Part shown: positions 55,790 through 64,000 of the stretch, piece after piece
Layout: each line of letters opens with the position of its first letter
How positions within the stretch are numbered: position 1 is the first letter of the stretch
Assembly: GCA_045580045.1 (NCBI GenBank)
Contig: JAZNNC010000025.1
Coordinates: 20,367 to 84,366, forward strand
Length of the DNA: 64,000 nt
DNA from: Tidjanibacter sp.
GTDB lineage: Bacteria > Bacteroidota > Bacteroidia > Bacteroidales > Rikenellaceae
Direction: 5' to 3'
Notes under the pieces: generated by a model
What the model saw: only the letters and a program-made list of their open reading frames with translations
Told to the model about the DNA's origin: nothing
The model's database searches: none
Program-made: the position numbers and the translations under genes

Positions 55790-57085
55790 TTGATAGTTGC
55801 AGAGGTGGTGGTAAAGTATCTGAAATTTGTAGCCAGCAGGGGTATCGGCACCGTTGTTGATACGCTTGTGCTGTGGATTTGTTCCCACTTCATATTCGGT
55901 GGCGGCTATTGGGCCACCTATGTCATCTCGCCACTCATATCGTTTGAGTTTGCGGTGATGAGCAACTTCCTCTGCTCCTACTTTTGGATATGGAGCAGCC
56001 GAGTATCCCAAAAGAATAAGTCCTCATTTTGGCGACACTTTGTGGCCTTTAACCTCTCCTCCGTGGCGGGGTTTGTGGTCAAGATGTGTTTCCTGCTCTT
56101 GTTTGAGCGCATCTTCGGGTGGCACGTTGTGGTGTGTAACCTCGCAGCGTTGGCCATCTCGGGAGTGCTCAACTACTTCCTCTCCGAGTCGGTGGTGTTC
56201 CGCAAAACATCCCCACGCCCTGCGCACGAGCTACTATCCATTGAGGAGTTGGCCAATATGGCCCCCATCTTTCGTGGCACTATGGGGCAACTCTTCGGGC
56301 GTTTTGCTATGTGGGTGTGCGGCGTTGGCCGACTCAACCGCCTCTATGACAACATCTACCCTCACAAGGGTCCCGACTGCGCCACCGCAGCCCTTGACTA
56401 CCTCGGCTGCGACTACCTCGTGGGTAACCCCGAGAGGCTCAACAATCTCCCCGAGGGAGCATTCATCACCATAAGCAACCACCCCTACGGGGCCATTGAT
56501 GGGGTGATTGTGCTCGATATGGTGGGCCACCGCCGCCCCGACCTCAAAATTATGGTCAACCAAATTCTCACCCGAGTGGAGCCTATGAGAGAAAACTTCA
56601 TTGCCGTAACTCCCACGGGAACAGAGCGTAAGAAGGCCGATGCAGCCACCCTTGCCGGAGTGCGCACCTCGCTTGGCCACCTACGTCAAGGACACCCTAT
56701 GTCGTTCTTCCCCTCGGGTGCGGTGTCGGACCTCCACCCCCTGCGTGGCGACATCAGCGACAGGCCTTGGCAAGAGCCGCTTGTGAGGCTCATCCAGAGG
56801 GCCGAGGTACCCATTGTGCCCATCCGATTTGTGGACCGCAACTCGATGTTCTACTACCTGCTAGGGGTGATTGATTGGCGCATCAGACTCCTACGCCTGC
56901 CACGCGAGGTGTTCAACAAAGGGCGTGGCAAGCACCGAGTGGTGGTCGGCGAGCCCATCAGCGTGGAGCAACAGAGGGCGTGCAAAAGCGTGGAGGAACT
57001 CACCGCCCTGTTGCGTGGTGCGGTCTATGATATGCCCATTCCTGACGAGTTTACCCCATCGAGCGAGTTGCGCAATAGGCTTTGA
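55790..57085 (+). CDS. GtrA-like membrane domain fused to a lysophospholipid acyltransferase domain
   Basis: N-terminal 4-TM GtrA pattern (KFVASRGIGTVVD...SNF..SYFWIW...LNYF.S...VFR); C-terminal NHPYGAIDG and FPSGAVS acyltransferase motifs. TTG start. Confidence 0.82.
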   Translation: MIVAEVVVKYLKFVASRGIGTVVDTLVLWICSHFIFGGGYWATYVISPLISFEFAVMSNFLCSYFWIWSSRVSQKNKSSFWRHFVAFNLSSVAGFVVKMCFLLLFERIFGWHVVVCNLAALAISGVLNYFLSESVVFRKTSPRPAHELLSIEELANMAPIFRGTMGQLFGRFAMWVCGVGRLNRLYDNIYPHKGPDCATAALDYLGCDYLVGNPERLNNLPEGAFITISNHPYGAIDGVIVLDMVGHRRPDLKIMVNQILTRVEPMRENFIAVTPTGTERKKADAATLAGVRTSLGHLRQGHPMSFFPSGAVSDLHPLRGDISDRPWQEPLVRLIQRAEVPIVPIRFVDRNSMFYYLLGVIDWRIRLLRLPREVFNKGRGKHRVVVGEPISVEQQRACKSVEELTALLRGAVYDMPIPDEFTPSSELRNRL

Positions 57086-57260
57086 GCGCAGGAATAATCA
57101 CACCATCTAACGTGTTGTAGATACAGCAATTAGCCCACTTTTATCACAAGTTGGGCATCATATTTTTCTGCACCCACCGGCACACCTTTTAGCCATTATT
57201 TATACCTTTGTGAGGTTGAAACAAAAGCAACACAAACACACACAAACAAAAAGATTGAAT

Positions 57261-57653
57261 ATGAAAAAACTTATTCTTTCGCTGGCAATGGTGCTGATGG
57301 GCGCAGTTGCAGCATTCGGTCAGGCCGACAAATTTGTTGGCGAGTGGAAAACCATTGACGACAAAACCAACGAGCCCGCAGGCCTTGTGAACATCTATCA
57401 AGGTGAGGACGGCCTCTACTATGGCAAACTCGTTGGCGTGTTCGGTGAGGACAAGAGCAGCGTGGGCACTATGATCGTAAGGGGTATGAAGTATGAGGAC
57501 GGCAAACTTGTGGGTGGCCGTGTTTACGATCCCGATGCCGACAAGCTCTACTACTGCACCATCAAGTACGATGCAGCCAAAAATGTGCTCAACCTCCGTG
57601 GCTCGCTCGACAAGAAGGGCCTTCTGGGCCGCACCCAAACTTGGGTGAAATAG
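57261..57653 (+). CDS. DUF2147 domain-containing secreted protein
   Basis: Signal peptide; GEWKTIDD, G.VYDP...K.YYC, LRGS...LLGRTQTW. Confidence 0.85.
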   Translation: MKKLILSLAMVLMGAVAAFGQADKFVGEWKTIDDKTNEPAGLVNIYQGEDGLYYGKLVGVFGEDKSSVGTMIVRGMKYEDGKLVGGRVYDPDADKLYYCTIKYDAAKNVLNLRGSLDKKGLLGRTQTWVK

Positions 57654-57679
57654 TTGAGCATCAGACTACTTGGGAAAAG

Positions 57680-57713
57680 AAAAACGCACCGACACATTCG
57701 TCGGTGCGTTTTT
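57680..57713. terminator. Bidirectional terminator between the DUF2147 gene and yajC
   Basis: aaaaacgcaccgac-acattc-gtcggtgcgttttt. Confidence 0.85.
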
Positions 57714-57737
57714 GCTATCGGCAACAGAGTTGTCGGA

Positions 57738-58046
57738 CTACTGGCGGGGGTCGCGCATAATGGCGGTTTTGTCAACGCGAAGTGTTACGTTGCCATCAAC
57801 CTCCATAAGGATATCACGCTCGTTCACCTCCTTAACAACGCCGTAGATACCACCTGCGGTAACAACCTTCTGGCCCTTTGCAAGGCCGTTGCGGAAGTTG
57901 TCGAGTTCTTTCTGCTGTTTGCGCTGGGGACGAATCATAAAGAAATACATCACCACGAAGAGCATCACAATCATAATAATCGAGCTCATCATACTACCCT
58001 GTGCTGCGGGAGCAGCTGCGCCTGCTTGAAGCAATACATTCATCAT
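57738..58046 (-). CDS. yajC: Preprotein translocase subunit YajC
   Basis: MYFFMIRPQRKQQK, GQKVVTAGGIYG. Exact start uncertain. Confidence 0.96.
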   Translation of the reverse strand: MMNVLLQAGAAAPAAQGSMMSSIIMIVMLFVVMYFFMIRPQRKQQKELDNFRNGLAKGQKVVTAGGIYGVVKEVNERDILMEVDGNVTLRVDKTAIMRDPRQ

Positions 58047-58127
58047 AATTTTCACTTATATTAAAATTGTTACGGTTTTGTTTCTGACCTACAAATGTAC
58101 TATTTTCCACCAATATAACAAATTCCC

Positions 58128-58640
58128 CTACTCCATTGTGGCCACAATCACAAGTTTTTTGGCCCTTTCGGAGAGGTTTGTCGTAATGTAGAACGCTCGG
58201 GGAACAAAATAAGTATATCCGGCCGAGTCAAAATTCATCTCCACAGCCACGCTCTCGCCTGCGCCCACGCTGCGGTCCTTCTCATAGTCTAACCACAGGC
58301 AGCCACACGAAGTGCTCGTGGAGGCCACCACCATCGGGCGTTGGGCTCCATTGTGCAGTGCAAAGGTGCGACTCAACACCTCGCCCTCCTTCACTCGGCC
58401 AAAGTCGATGGTGTCCACCGTGGCAGTATCGCTCACATCCACGCTCTGCAACGCCCCGATGTTAACCCCCTTCTCGGCCACACCCGCACTCCGGCCACTC
58501 CTCCGGCCACCACAACCCACACACAAAAGGCAGGCCACAAGTAGTGCCATCATAACCATCGTGGGCACACTGCAAAAACGGCCCGCCATCAGTGCAGCAG
58601 GCCGTTTTGTGTTGTTGTATGTTGGTTTTTCAACCCTCAT
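58128..58640 (-). CDS. DUF1573 domain-containing (lipo)protein
   Basis: DFGRVKEG...F.LHN...PMVV..TSTSCGC; the usual nusB-DUF1573-yajC order in Bacteroidetes. Confidence 0.8.
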   Translation of the reverse strand: MRVEKPTYNNTKRPAALMAGRFCSVPTMVMMALLVACLLCVGCGGRRSGRSAGVAEKGVNIGALQSVDVSDTATVDTIDFGRVKEGEVLSRTFALHNGAQRPMVVASTSTSCGCLWLDYEKDRSVGAGESVAVEMNFDSAGYTYFVPRAFYITTNLSERAKKLVIVATME

Positions 58641-58652
58641 TCGTCCTTGGCT

Positions 58653-59597
58653 CTAAATCTCCACCAATCCTCGGCCGCTCTTGTTAATCTTACCCTCGGC
58701 AGTGAATTTCTCCACAATCTTGTCCAAAATGCCGTTGATGAAGGTGCTGCTACCCGTAGTACTGTAATACTTGGCAATCTCAATATACTCGTCGAGAGTA
58801 ACCTTTACGGGAATGGAGTCGAAGTTCTGCAACTCGGCAAGTGCGGTGGTCATAATCACGTTGTCCATAACTGCGATGCGCTCAATGTCCCAATTTTTGG
58901 TAAACTGCTCAACAATGTCGAGATTCTCCTTGTAGCCAACCACAGCCTCGGCAAACAGACGCTTCACAAAGGCCCTATCCTCATCGCCCTTGAATTGGGG
59001 TTGGAGGGGCAATTTATCCTGCGAAGGCTTCATTCCACCCAAAGTGCGCAACACCATAATCAGCACAAAATCAATGGCATCACCCCAAGTGAGGCTGTTC
59101 TCTTCGAGGATACCGCACAACATCTCGTCATCCTGCACTGTCTGGATGTAGAACTCCTCCACCAAGCGCCTGTCCTCCGCAAAGGAGTTCTTCTCGGAAG
59201 CCATATACTCCTTGTAGTACTCCGACTCGGTCATCTTCACGTAGAGGTGCTTGACGAGTTCGGGATAGGCAGCCCAACCGAGTTTTTTCACGGCCAAAAT
59301 GTGGTCCAACTCCGCATCGGCCTCGATGCGTGCAACAACCTCATTGTGAACAAATTTCAGATTGGGATTGAGATCCTCCGCAGTGGGAAGATGTTTGTTA
59401 CGAGCAATCTCAATACGTTCCTCGGCATAGCGTTTCACCTCGGCAATCAGCGAGAGGATGTAGTGATAAAGGTCATAGTCCTTATCGAGGCCTTTGAGGA
59501 GTTCTTTCTCCTCGATGGCGACAGTATCGGCGGCACCGGTCTGGTGCGCATAGAGTGCTTTGACAACCTTAATTCTCAAAAATCTTCTGCTGAACAT
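58653..59597 (-). CDS. nusB: Transcription antitermination factor NusB (Bacteroidetes long form)
   Basis: MFSRRFLRIKVVKALYA, NWDIERIAVMD, IPVKVTLDEYIEIAKYYST..S..FINGILD. Confidence 0.96.
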   Translation of the reverse strand: MFSRRFLRIKVVKALYAHQTGAADTVAIEEKELLKGLDKDYDLYHYILSLIAEVKRYAEERIEIARNKHLPTAEDLNPNLKFVHNEVVARIEADAELDHILAVKKLGWAAYPELVKHLYVKMTESEYYKEYMASEKNSFAEDRRLVEEFYIQTVQDDEMLCGILEENSLTWGDAIDFVLIMVLRTLGGMKPSQDKLPLQPQFKGDEDRAFVKRLFAEAVVGYKENLDIVEQFTKNWDIERIAVMDNVIMTTALAELQNFDSIPVKVTLDEYIEIAKYYSTTGSSTFINGILDKIVEKFTAEGKINKSGRGLVEI

Positions 59598-59642
59598 AGT
59601 ATAGAACGTATTTATTTCGGCCGCAAAGATACAATGTAAATT

Positions 59643-59671
59643 TGAGATTGGAAAATTGAAAATGGAAAATT
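59643..59671. repeat. Degenerate heptamer array (GAAAATT-type) upstream of the nusB -7 box (59624-59631, minus strand)
   Basis: tgagatt ggaaaatt gaaaatg gaaaatt. Confidence 0.6.
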
Positions 59672-59744
59672 ATTCGGCATTTGCCGCAGCCTTTCGACAT
59701 ATTACTTCAAAAATAAATGTTTATTTTTGATAAATCTCTTTCAC

Positions 59745-59765
59745 CAATTCCCAATTCTCGATTTT
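59745..59765. repeat. Heptamer array CAATTCC CAATTCT CGATTTT upstream of the -7 box TACTTTTG (59772-59779)
   Basis: Read directly; inverted relative to 59643-59671. Confidence 0.6.
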
Positions 59766-59787
59766 TATAGATACTTTTGTGGCACTT

Positions 59788-61053
59788 ATGGAAATCAAAG
59801 AATACGACGTGGTAGTCATCGGCGGCGGTGCCGCAGGACTTATGGCCGCAGGAACGGCCGCCATCAACGGTAAACGAGTATTGCTGCTCGAAAAAATGGA
59901 GAAAACCGGACGCAAGGTGCGCATCTCCGGCAAAGGACGTTGCAACCTTACGAATATGTGTACCGACGAGGAGTTCTTCGCCAAAATACAAAACGGCGCA
60001 GGGTTCTTCAACTTCGCCTACACCCAATTCACAAACCGTGCTCTGGTACGATTCATGGAGCGCAAAGGAGTGAAACTTACCACAGAGAGGGGTGGCCGAG
60101 TTTTCCCCACCAGCGGCAAGGCTTGGGACATCGCACAAGCACTCGTGGACTGGTGTCGCGAAGAGGGCGTTGTGGTCGAATGTAACGCCAAAGTGGAGGC
60201 TCTCAACATCATAGCTGGCAAAGTTCGCAGCGTGGTCTATACCAACGCGCGAGGTTATAGGCGCAAGGTGGAAACCCCTGCCGTGATTCTCGCTACGGGT
60301 GGTGCATCCTACCCCGCAACCGGCTCCACCGGCGACGGCTACAAACTCGCTCACTCCGCAGGACACAACATCGTCCCCGTGCGTCCTTCGCTCGTACCAC
60401 TCGAAACATCCTACGAGGAGGCCAAATTTATGGCAGGCTTATTGCTCAAAAACGTACAAGTGCAGTTGCTCGTTGAGGACGAGGTTGTACAGAGCGAGTT
60501 TGGCGAGATGCTCTTCTCCAAGCGAGGAGTGGAGGGTGCAGTGATATTGCGTATGAGTCGCAAGGCTGTCGATGCACTCATTGACGAAAAGCGTGTGGAA
60601 CTCGAAATCGACCTCAAACACGCTATGAACCACGACGAACTCCGCGAGCGTATCCAGCGAGAGATTGCCGAACAACCCAACACACTCACCGTGGGCGAGC
60701 TGCTGCGTAAGATTATGCCACGCGAGCTCGTTGTACCTATGGCCAAAGCCATCGGTGCACACGCAAAACACTCAATGGGCGAACTCAAAGAGGAAAAGGT
60801 GGAGCGACTGACCAACACGCTCAAAGCGTTCCGTATCCCAATTAGCGACTACCGCCCATTCGAGGAAGCTATCGTTACGGCCGGAGGTGTGGACCTTGCA
60901 GAGATTAACCCACACACCCTCGAATCCACCCTTGTCAAGGGCCTCTATTTTGCAGGCGAGGTTATGGACTTGGACGCCAATACGGGTGGTTATAACCTCC
61001 AAATAGCCTTCTCAACGGGCCGATTGGCAGGACAGTTGAGAGGTGAGAATTAA
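59788..61053 (+). CDS. HI0933/YhiN (BaiN-like) NAD(P)/FAD-dependent oxidoreductase
   Basis: VIGGGAAGLMAA, GRKVRISGKGRCNLTN, GRVFP, ATGGASYPATGSTGDGY, VTAGGV, GEVMDLDANTGGYNLQ.AFSTG. Confidence 0.92.
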   Translation: MEIKEYDVVVIGGGAAGLMAAGTAAINGKRVLLLEKMEKTGRKVRISGKGRCNLTNMCTDEEFFAKIQNGAGFFNFAYTQFTNRALVRFMERKGVKLTTERGGRVFPTSGKAWDIAQALVDWCREEGVVVECNAKVEALNIIAGKVRSVVYTNARGYRRKVETPAVILATGGASYPATGSTGDGYKLAHSAGHNIVPVRPSLVPLETSYEEAKFMAGLLLKNVQVQLLVEDEVVQSEFGEMLFSKRGVEGAVILRMSRKAVDALIDEKRVELEIDLKHAMNHDELRERIQREIAEQPNTLTVGELLRKIMPRELVVPMAKAIGAHAKHSMGELKEEKVERLTNTLKAFRIPISDYRPFEEAIVTAGGVDLAEINPHTLESTLVKGLYFAGEVMDLDANTGGYNLQIAFSTGRLAGQLRGEN

Positions 61054-61068
61054 AAAAAAGGTTGAAAG

Positions 61069-61545
61069 TTGAAATTAGAGAAGAGGTTTAGGCACAGTAG
61101 GGGCTATGGAGTACACTCCCCGTTTCTCTACAAGGTGGTGCGAGAGGCTATGATGCCACGCAGGGTGGCAGCTGCCGACACGAGGCTCTTTGAGGATCTG
61201 GTGGCGGTGGGAGTTGATAGGCGCACGGCCGTAAGACTCCAAAACTACCTCTCTCTTGTGGGACACACACATTGGGCCATCAACAAAGCCGAAGGCGTTG
61301 CGGAGGATACACTGTTTGTTGCAACCACCGATTGCAGGCAGGAGGTGATAGAACTGATGAGTGATATTTGTGGAAAGGATGATACTACGATGGCAACTCT
61401 GTGCGTTATCCATCACAGAGGTAGGAGGGGTAAAGTGTGGCGTCGTGAGCTTGTTGACAGCCACAAGGGAATGAGTGCCGAGAAGCCTCGCTTCACGCTT
61501 CTCTTTTTCAACCCTGCACTGCCCAAGCAACACATTATAATATAG
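61069..61545 (+). CDS. Hypothetical protein (N-terminal RHSRGYGVHSPF motif)
   Basis: Open frame between two co-oriented genes; TTG start inside a short AAAGTTG heptamer pair. The N-terminal motif recalls Bacteroidetes methyltransferase-like proteins. Confidence 0.65.
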   Translation: MKLEKRFRHSRGYGVHSPFLYKVVREAMMPRRVAAADTRLFEDLVAVGVDRRTAVRLQNYLSLVGHTHWAINKAEGVAEDTLFVATTDCRQEVIELMSDICGKDDTTMATLCVIHHRGRRGKVWRRELVDSHKGMSAEKPRFTLLFFNPALPKQHIII

Positions 61546-61613
61546 GTGCGGGAATGATGTGTGCATTAGGGCCCGCACGAAATGTTTAGACACACAAGAC
61601 AAGAGTAAACAAT

Positions 61614-62165
61614 ATGGCAAAGATTTACACTCGCTGCGGCGACAGCGGCACCACAGCTTTGATTGGTGGCGAGAGAGTGGACAAATACGACTCCCGAGTG
61701 GAGGCCTATGGCACTGTTGATGAACTCGGCGCACACGTTGCCCTGCTCACCGACTTGGCAGCCGAGGAGGGCCACACCGACACGGTTGTTTTTCTGGACG
61801 AGGTGGCTGTGAGGCTTATGATTATCGAATCGCAACTCGCTGTGGGACTCGGCTTCAAGGGCACACTCTCAAAGATTGGCGCAGACGATGTGGAACATTT
61901 GGAGCGGGAGATTGACCGCCTGACGGCAACACTGCCACCAATGAGGTGTTTCACCATTCCGGGTGGTGCGATGCTTGTGTCGCAATGCCACGTCTGTCGC
62001 ACGGTGTGCCGTAGGGCCGAGAGGGAGTCCCTGAAAGTGAGGGCCGACCATAGCGTGGACGAGGCTCTATTGTGCTACCTGAACCGCCTCTCGGACTATT
62101 TCTATACCCTCGGTCGCAGCGCAGCACAAAGGCTCGGTGTGAAGGAAAAAGAGTGGAATGGGTAG
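61614..62165 (+). CDS. ATP:cob(I)alamin adenosyltransferase (PduO type)
   Basis: KIYTRCGDSGTT, RVEAYGTVDEL, CRTVCRRAER, YLNRLSDYFY. Confidence 0.93.
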   Translation: MAKIYTRCGDSGTTALIGGERVDKYDSRVEAYGTVDELGAHVALLTDLAAEEGHTDTVVFLDEVAVRLMIIESQLAVGLGFKGTLSKIGADDVEHLEREIDRLTATLPPMRCFTIPGGAMLVSQCHVCRTVCRRAERESLKVRADHSVDEALLCYLNRLSDYFYTLGRSAAQRLGVKEKEWNG

Positions 62166-62251
62166 ATTTTTTTGGTGATATTGTATTTTTTTATACTTTT
62201 GCAACCTAAATAGAACTAATATAAACGCAAACAACTAATTTACAGAGAATT

Positions 62252-62473
62252 ATGTATTGGACACTTGAATTAGCCTCAAAACTCGAAGATGCTCCGTGGC
62301 CTGCAACCAAGGAGGAGTTGATTGACTACGCTGTACGTTCGGGCCTTCCTTTGGAGGTTATTGAGAACTTGGAGGAGATTGAGGACGAGGGCGACATCTA
62401 CGAGACCATCGAGGACGTGTGGCCCGACTACCCCAGCAAGGACGATTTTCTGTTTAACGAGGACGAATATTAG
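62252..62473 (+). CDS. DUF2795 domain-containing protein
   Basis: MYWTLELASKLEDAPWPATKEELIDYA.RSG...DDFLFNEDEY. Confidence 0.9.
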   Translation: MYWTLELASKLEDAPWPATKEELIDYAVRSGLPLEVIENLEEIEDEGDIYETIEDVWPDYPSKDDFLFNEDEY

Positions 62474-62520
62474 TCCCCTGCGCAGAGTCCCTGCTCACAA
62501 GTGATTGCATCACCACCCAC

Positions 62521-62557
62521 ACAACAGCCCCACCACAATGGGGCTGTTGTTTTGTTT
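62521..62557 (+). terminator. Intrinsic terminator
   Basis: acaacagcccca-ccacaa-tggggctgttgt-tttgttt. Confidence 0.8.
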
Positions 62558-62746
62558 GGTAGCGAAGAACTCTTGGGGATGGTGTCAAATAATTAATTCT
62601 ATATCGAGTGCCCCTTCAATTTTCGCATATTAGAGTAAGCGAGAACAAAGAGTACGTGGAGGCTTTGCCGTGCGGGAGAATTTTGGAAAAAACTTTTGTA
62701 TTTTCAATTTTATTCGTATCTTTGCACCCGCTCGGATGAGCACCAT

Positions 62747-62817
62747 TGAGCCATGGTGTAATGGTAACACTGCAGATTTTGGTTCTGTCATTCTGAGTTC
62801 GAGTCTCGGTGGCTCAA
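62747..62817 (+). tRNA. tRNA-Gln(UUG)
   Basis: Acceptor TGAGCCA/TGGCTCA, anticodon arm GCAGA-TTTTGGT-TCTGT, T-loop TTCGAGT; -7 box TATCTTTG at 62717-62724. Confidence 0.96.
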
Positions 62818-62820
62818 CAG

Positions 62821-62857
62821 TAGAGGAAATTCCGCAAAGAATTTCCTCTATTTTTTT
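62821..62857 (+). terminator. Terminator after tRNA-Gln
   Basis: tagaggaaattc-cgcaaa-gaatttcctcta-ttttttt. Confidence 0.88.
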
Positions 62858-62896
62858 GTTTCTCCGAAAATATTTCCTATCTTTGTCAAAACGGAT

Positions 62897-62980
62897 ATGG
62901 TGAATTGCACTCGTACATATCGTCTTTGGTGGCGCTTCTTACAACCCAACACGGTCGTAAGCAGCCAGACGTTTGTGTAG
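62897..62980 (+). CDS. trpL: trp operon leader peptide MVNCTRTYRLWWRFLQPNTVVSSQTFV
   Basis: 27-codon ORF with tandem TGG TGG, downstream of the -7 box TATCTTTG (62878-62885) and upstream of a terminator and trpB. Not in the ORF track. Confidence 0.85.
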   Translation: MVNCTRTYRLWWRFLQPNTVVSSQTFV

Positions 62981-63046
62981 TTTTACCATCAAAAAAACAA
63001 TCATTGCAACACACAAGTCCTGCCCTCTTACGGCAGGGCTTTTTTT
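62930..63046 (+). promoter_or_regulatory. Ribosome-mediated transcription attenuator of the trp operon
   Basis: Pause-type stem gcttcttac...gtaagcagc; ttgtgt/acacaa alternative pairing; terminator agtcctgcc-ctcttac-ggcagggct-tttttt at 63016-63046. Confidence 0.8.
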
Positions 63047-63088
63047 ATTCTCACCGCAAATCTTTAACCAACAAAACAACATAACACT

Positions 63089-64000
63089 ATGAAATCCTAC
63101 AACATTGACCACAACGGCTTCTATGGTGAGTTCGGTGGTGTTTACATCACAAATGAGATGCAAGCCTGCATAGACGAACTTGCAAGCATCTACCTCCCTA
63201 TCATCAATTCGCCCCAATTTCAGCAGGAATTTCACACACTGCTGAGGGACTATGTGGGACGTCCGAGCCCTCTCTACCTCGCACGCAATCTCTCGCAACG
63301 ATATGGTTGTAAGATATACCTCAAACGTGAGGACCTCAACCACACGGGAGCCCACAAAATAAACAACGCACTTGGGCAGATTCTCATAGCACAAAAGATG
63401 GGCAAAAAGCGTATCATTGCCGAAACAGGAGCCGGACAACACGGTGTGGCAGTAGCCACGGTGTGTGCGCTGATGGGTATGGAGTGCGAAATATTTATGG
63501 GTGCCACCGACATTGAGCGTCAGGAAATCAACGTAAAGAAGATGAGGATGTTGGGAGCAAAGGTGAGGGCCGTAACCGAAGGCAACCAAACCCTGACCGA
63601 AGCGTGTGATGCGGCAATCAAAGAGTGGTGTGAACATCCACACGACACCTACTATCTGATTGGCTCCGCAGTGGGACCACACCCCTACCCCGACATTGTG
63701 GCCAAATTACAGTCGGTCATAAGTGCCGAGATAAAGGAGCAGTTGGTTGCCCACGAAGGGCGAGACTACCCCGACAAACTCGTGGCCTGTGTGGGAGGAG
63801 GTAGCAATGCCGCAGGAACTGTCTATCACTACCTCGATGATGAACGGGTTGAAATCATACTCGCCGAAGCCGCAGGTAAAGGGGTTGATAGCGGACAGAC
63901 GGCCGCATCGCTATCGGTGGGCAAACGAGGCATAATCCACGGATTCAGCACATTAACACTACAAGACGAGCAAGGAAAACCGATGGAAGCATACTCCATT
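63089..64000 (+). CDS. trpB: Tryptophan synthase beta chain (truncated by the window end)
   Basis: Not in the track. My translation gives GFYGEFGG, YVGRPSPLY, LKREDLNHTGAHKINN (PLP Lys), IAETGAGQHG, GSAVGPHPYP, ACVGGGSNA. Confidence 0.97.
   Translation, partial: MKSYNIDHNGFYGEFGGVYITNEMQACIDELASIYLPIINSPQFQQEFHTLLRDYVGRPSPLYLARNLSQRYGCKIYLKREDLNHTGAHKINNALGQILIAQKMGKKRIIAETGAGQHGVAVATVCALMGMECEIFMGATDIERQEINVKKMRMLGAKVRAVTEGNQTLTEACDAAIKEWCEHPHDTYYLIGSAVGPHPYPDIVAKLQSVISAEIKEQLVAHEGRDYPDKLVACVGGGSNAAGTVYHYLDDERVEIILAEAAGKGVDSGQTAASLSVGKRGIIHGFSTLTLQDEQGKPMEAYSI

Noticed and set aside
61545-61614. Cobalamin riboswitch before the adenosyltransferase
   Set aside because: The gap is too short and contains no riboswitch core motifs.
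62939-63682. 247-aa minus-strand ORF at the window end
   Set aside because: Antisense to trpB and the trp leader.

Overview
Core-genome window of a Bacteroidales bacterium, probably Rikenellaceae/Alistipes-like (inferred from TAnnTTTG -7 promoter boxes, tmRNA tag GNNSYALAA and gene content). It is densely coding with housekeeping genes: lpxB (partial), trmD, rlmD, cdd, two pseudouridine synthases, rsmI, ychF, gltX, cinA, pdxB, ppdK, udk, gyrB, ftsE-like, rlmI, two recQ paralogs, uvrA, rsmA, lptB, yceD-rpmF-plsX, yajC, nusB and trpB (partial). RNA genes are tmRNA, tRNA-Arg(CCU) and tRNA-Gln(UUG), and a Trp-Trp leader-peptide attenuator precedes trpB. No integrase, transposase, prophage or CRISPR array was seen. 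The most interesting signals are: (1) a radical SAM/SPASM enzyme with three paralogous YG-x-P lipoproteins, one adjacent and two about 9 kb away behind near-identical terminators, a candidate protein-backbone-modification (splicease-like) system; (2) about 13 intergenic 7-bp tandem arrays of different sequence that mostly share an RTT register, with orientation tracking stop codons versus promoters; (3) a repeated structured element with compensatory base changes between gyrB and udk; (4) a PyrD homolog that has lost its catalytic Ser and most substrate-binding residues; (5) a GtrA-acyltransferase fusion next to a CDP-alcohol phosphotransferase; (6) hydE-hydG-hydF with no hydrogenase gene in the window. 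All family assignments come from motif recognition by eye, with no database search.
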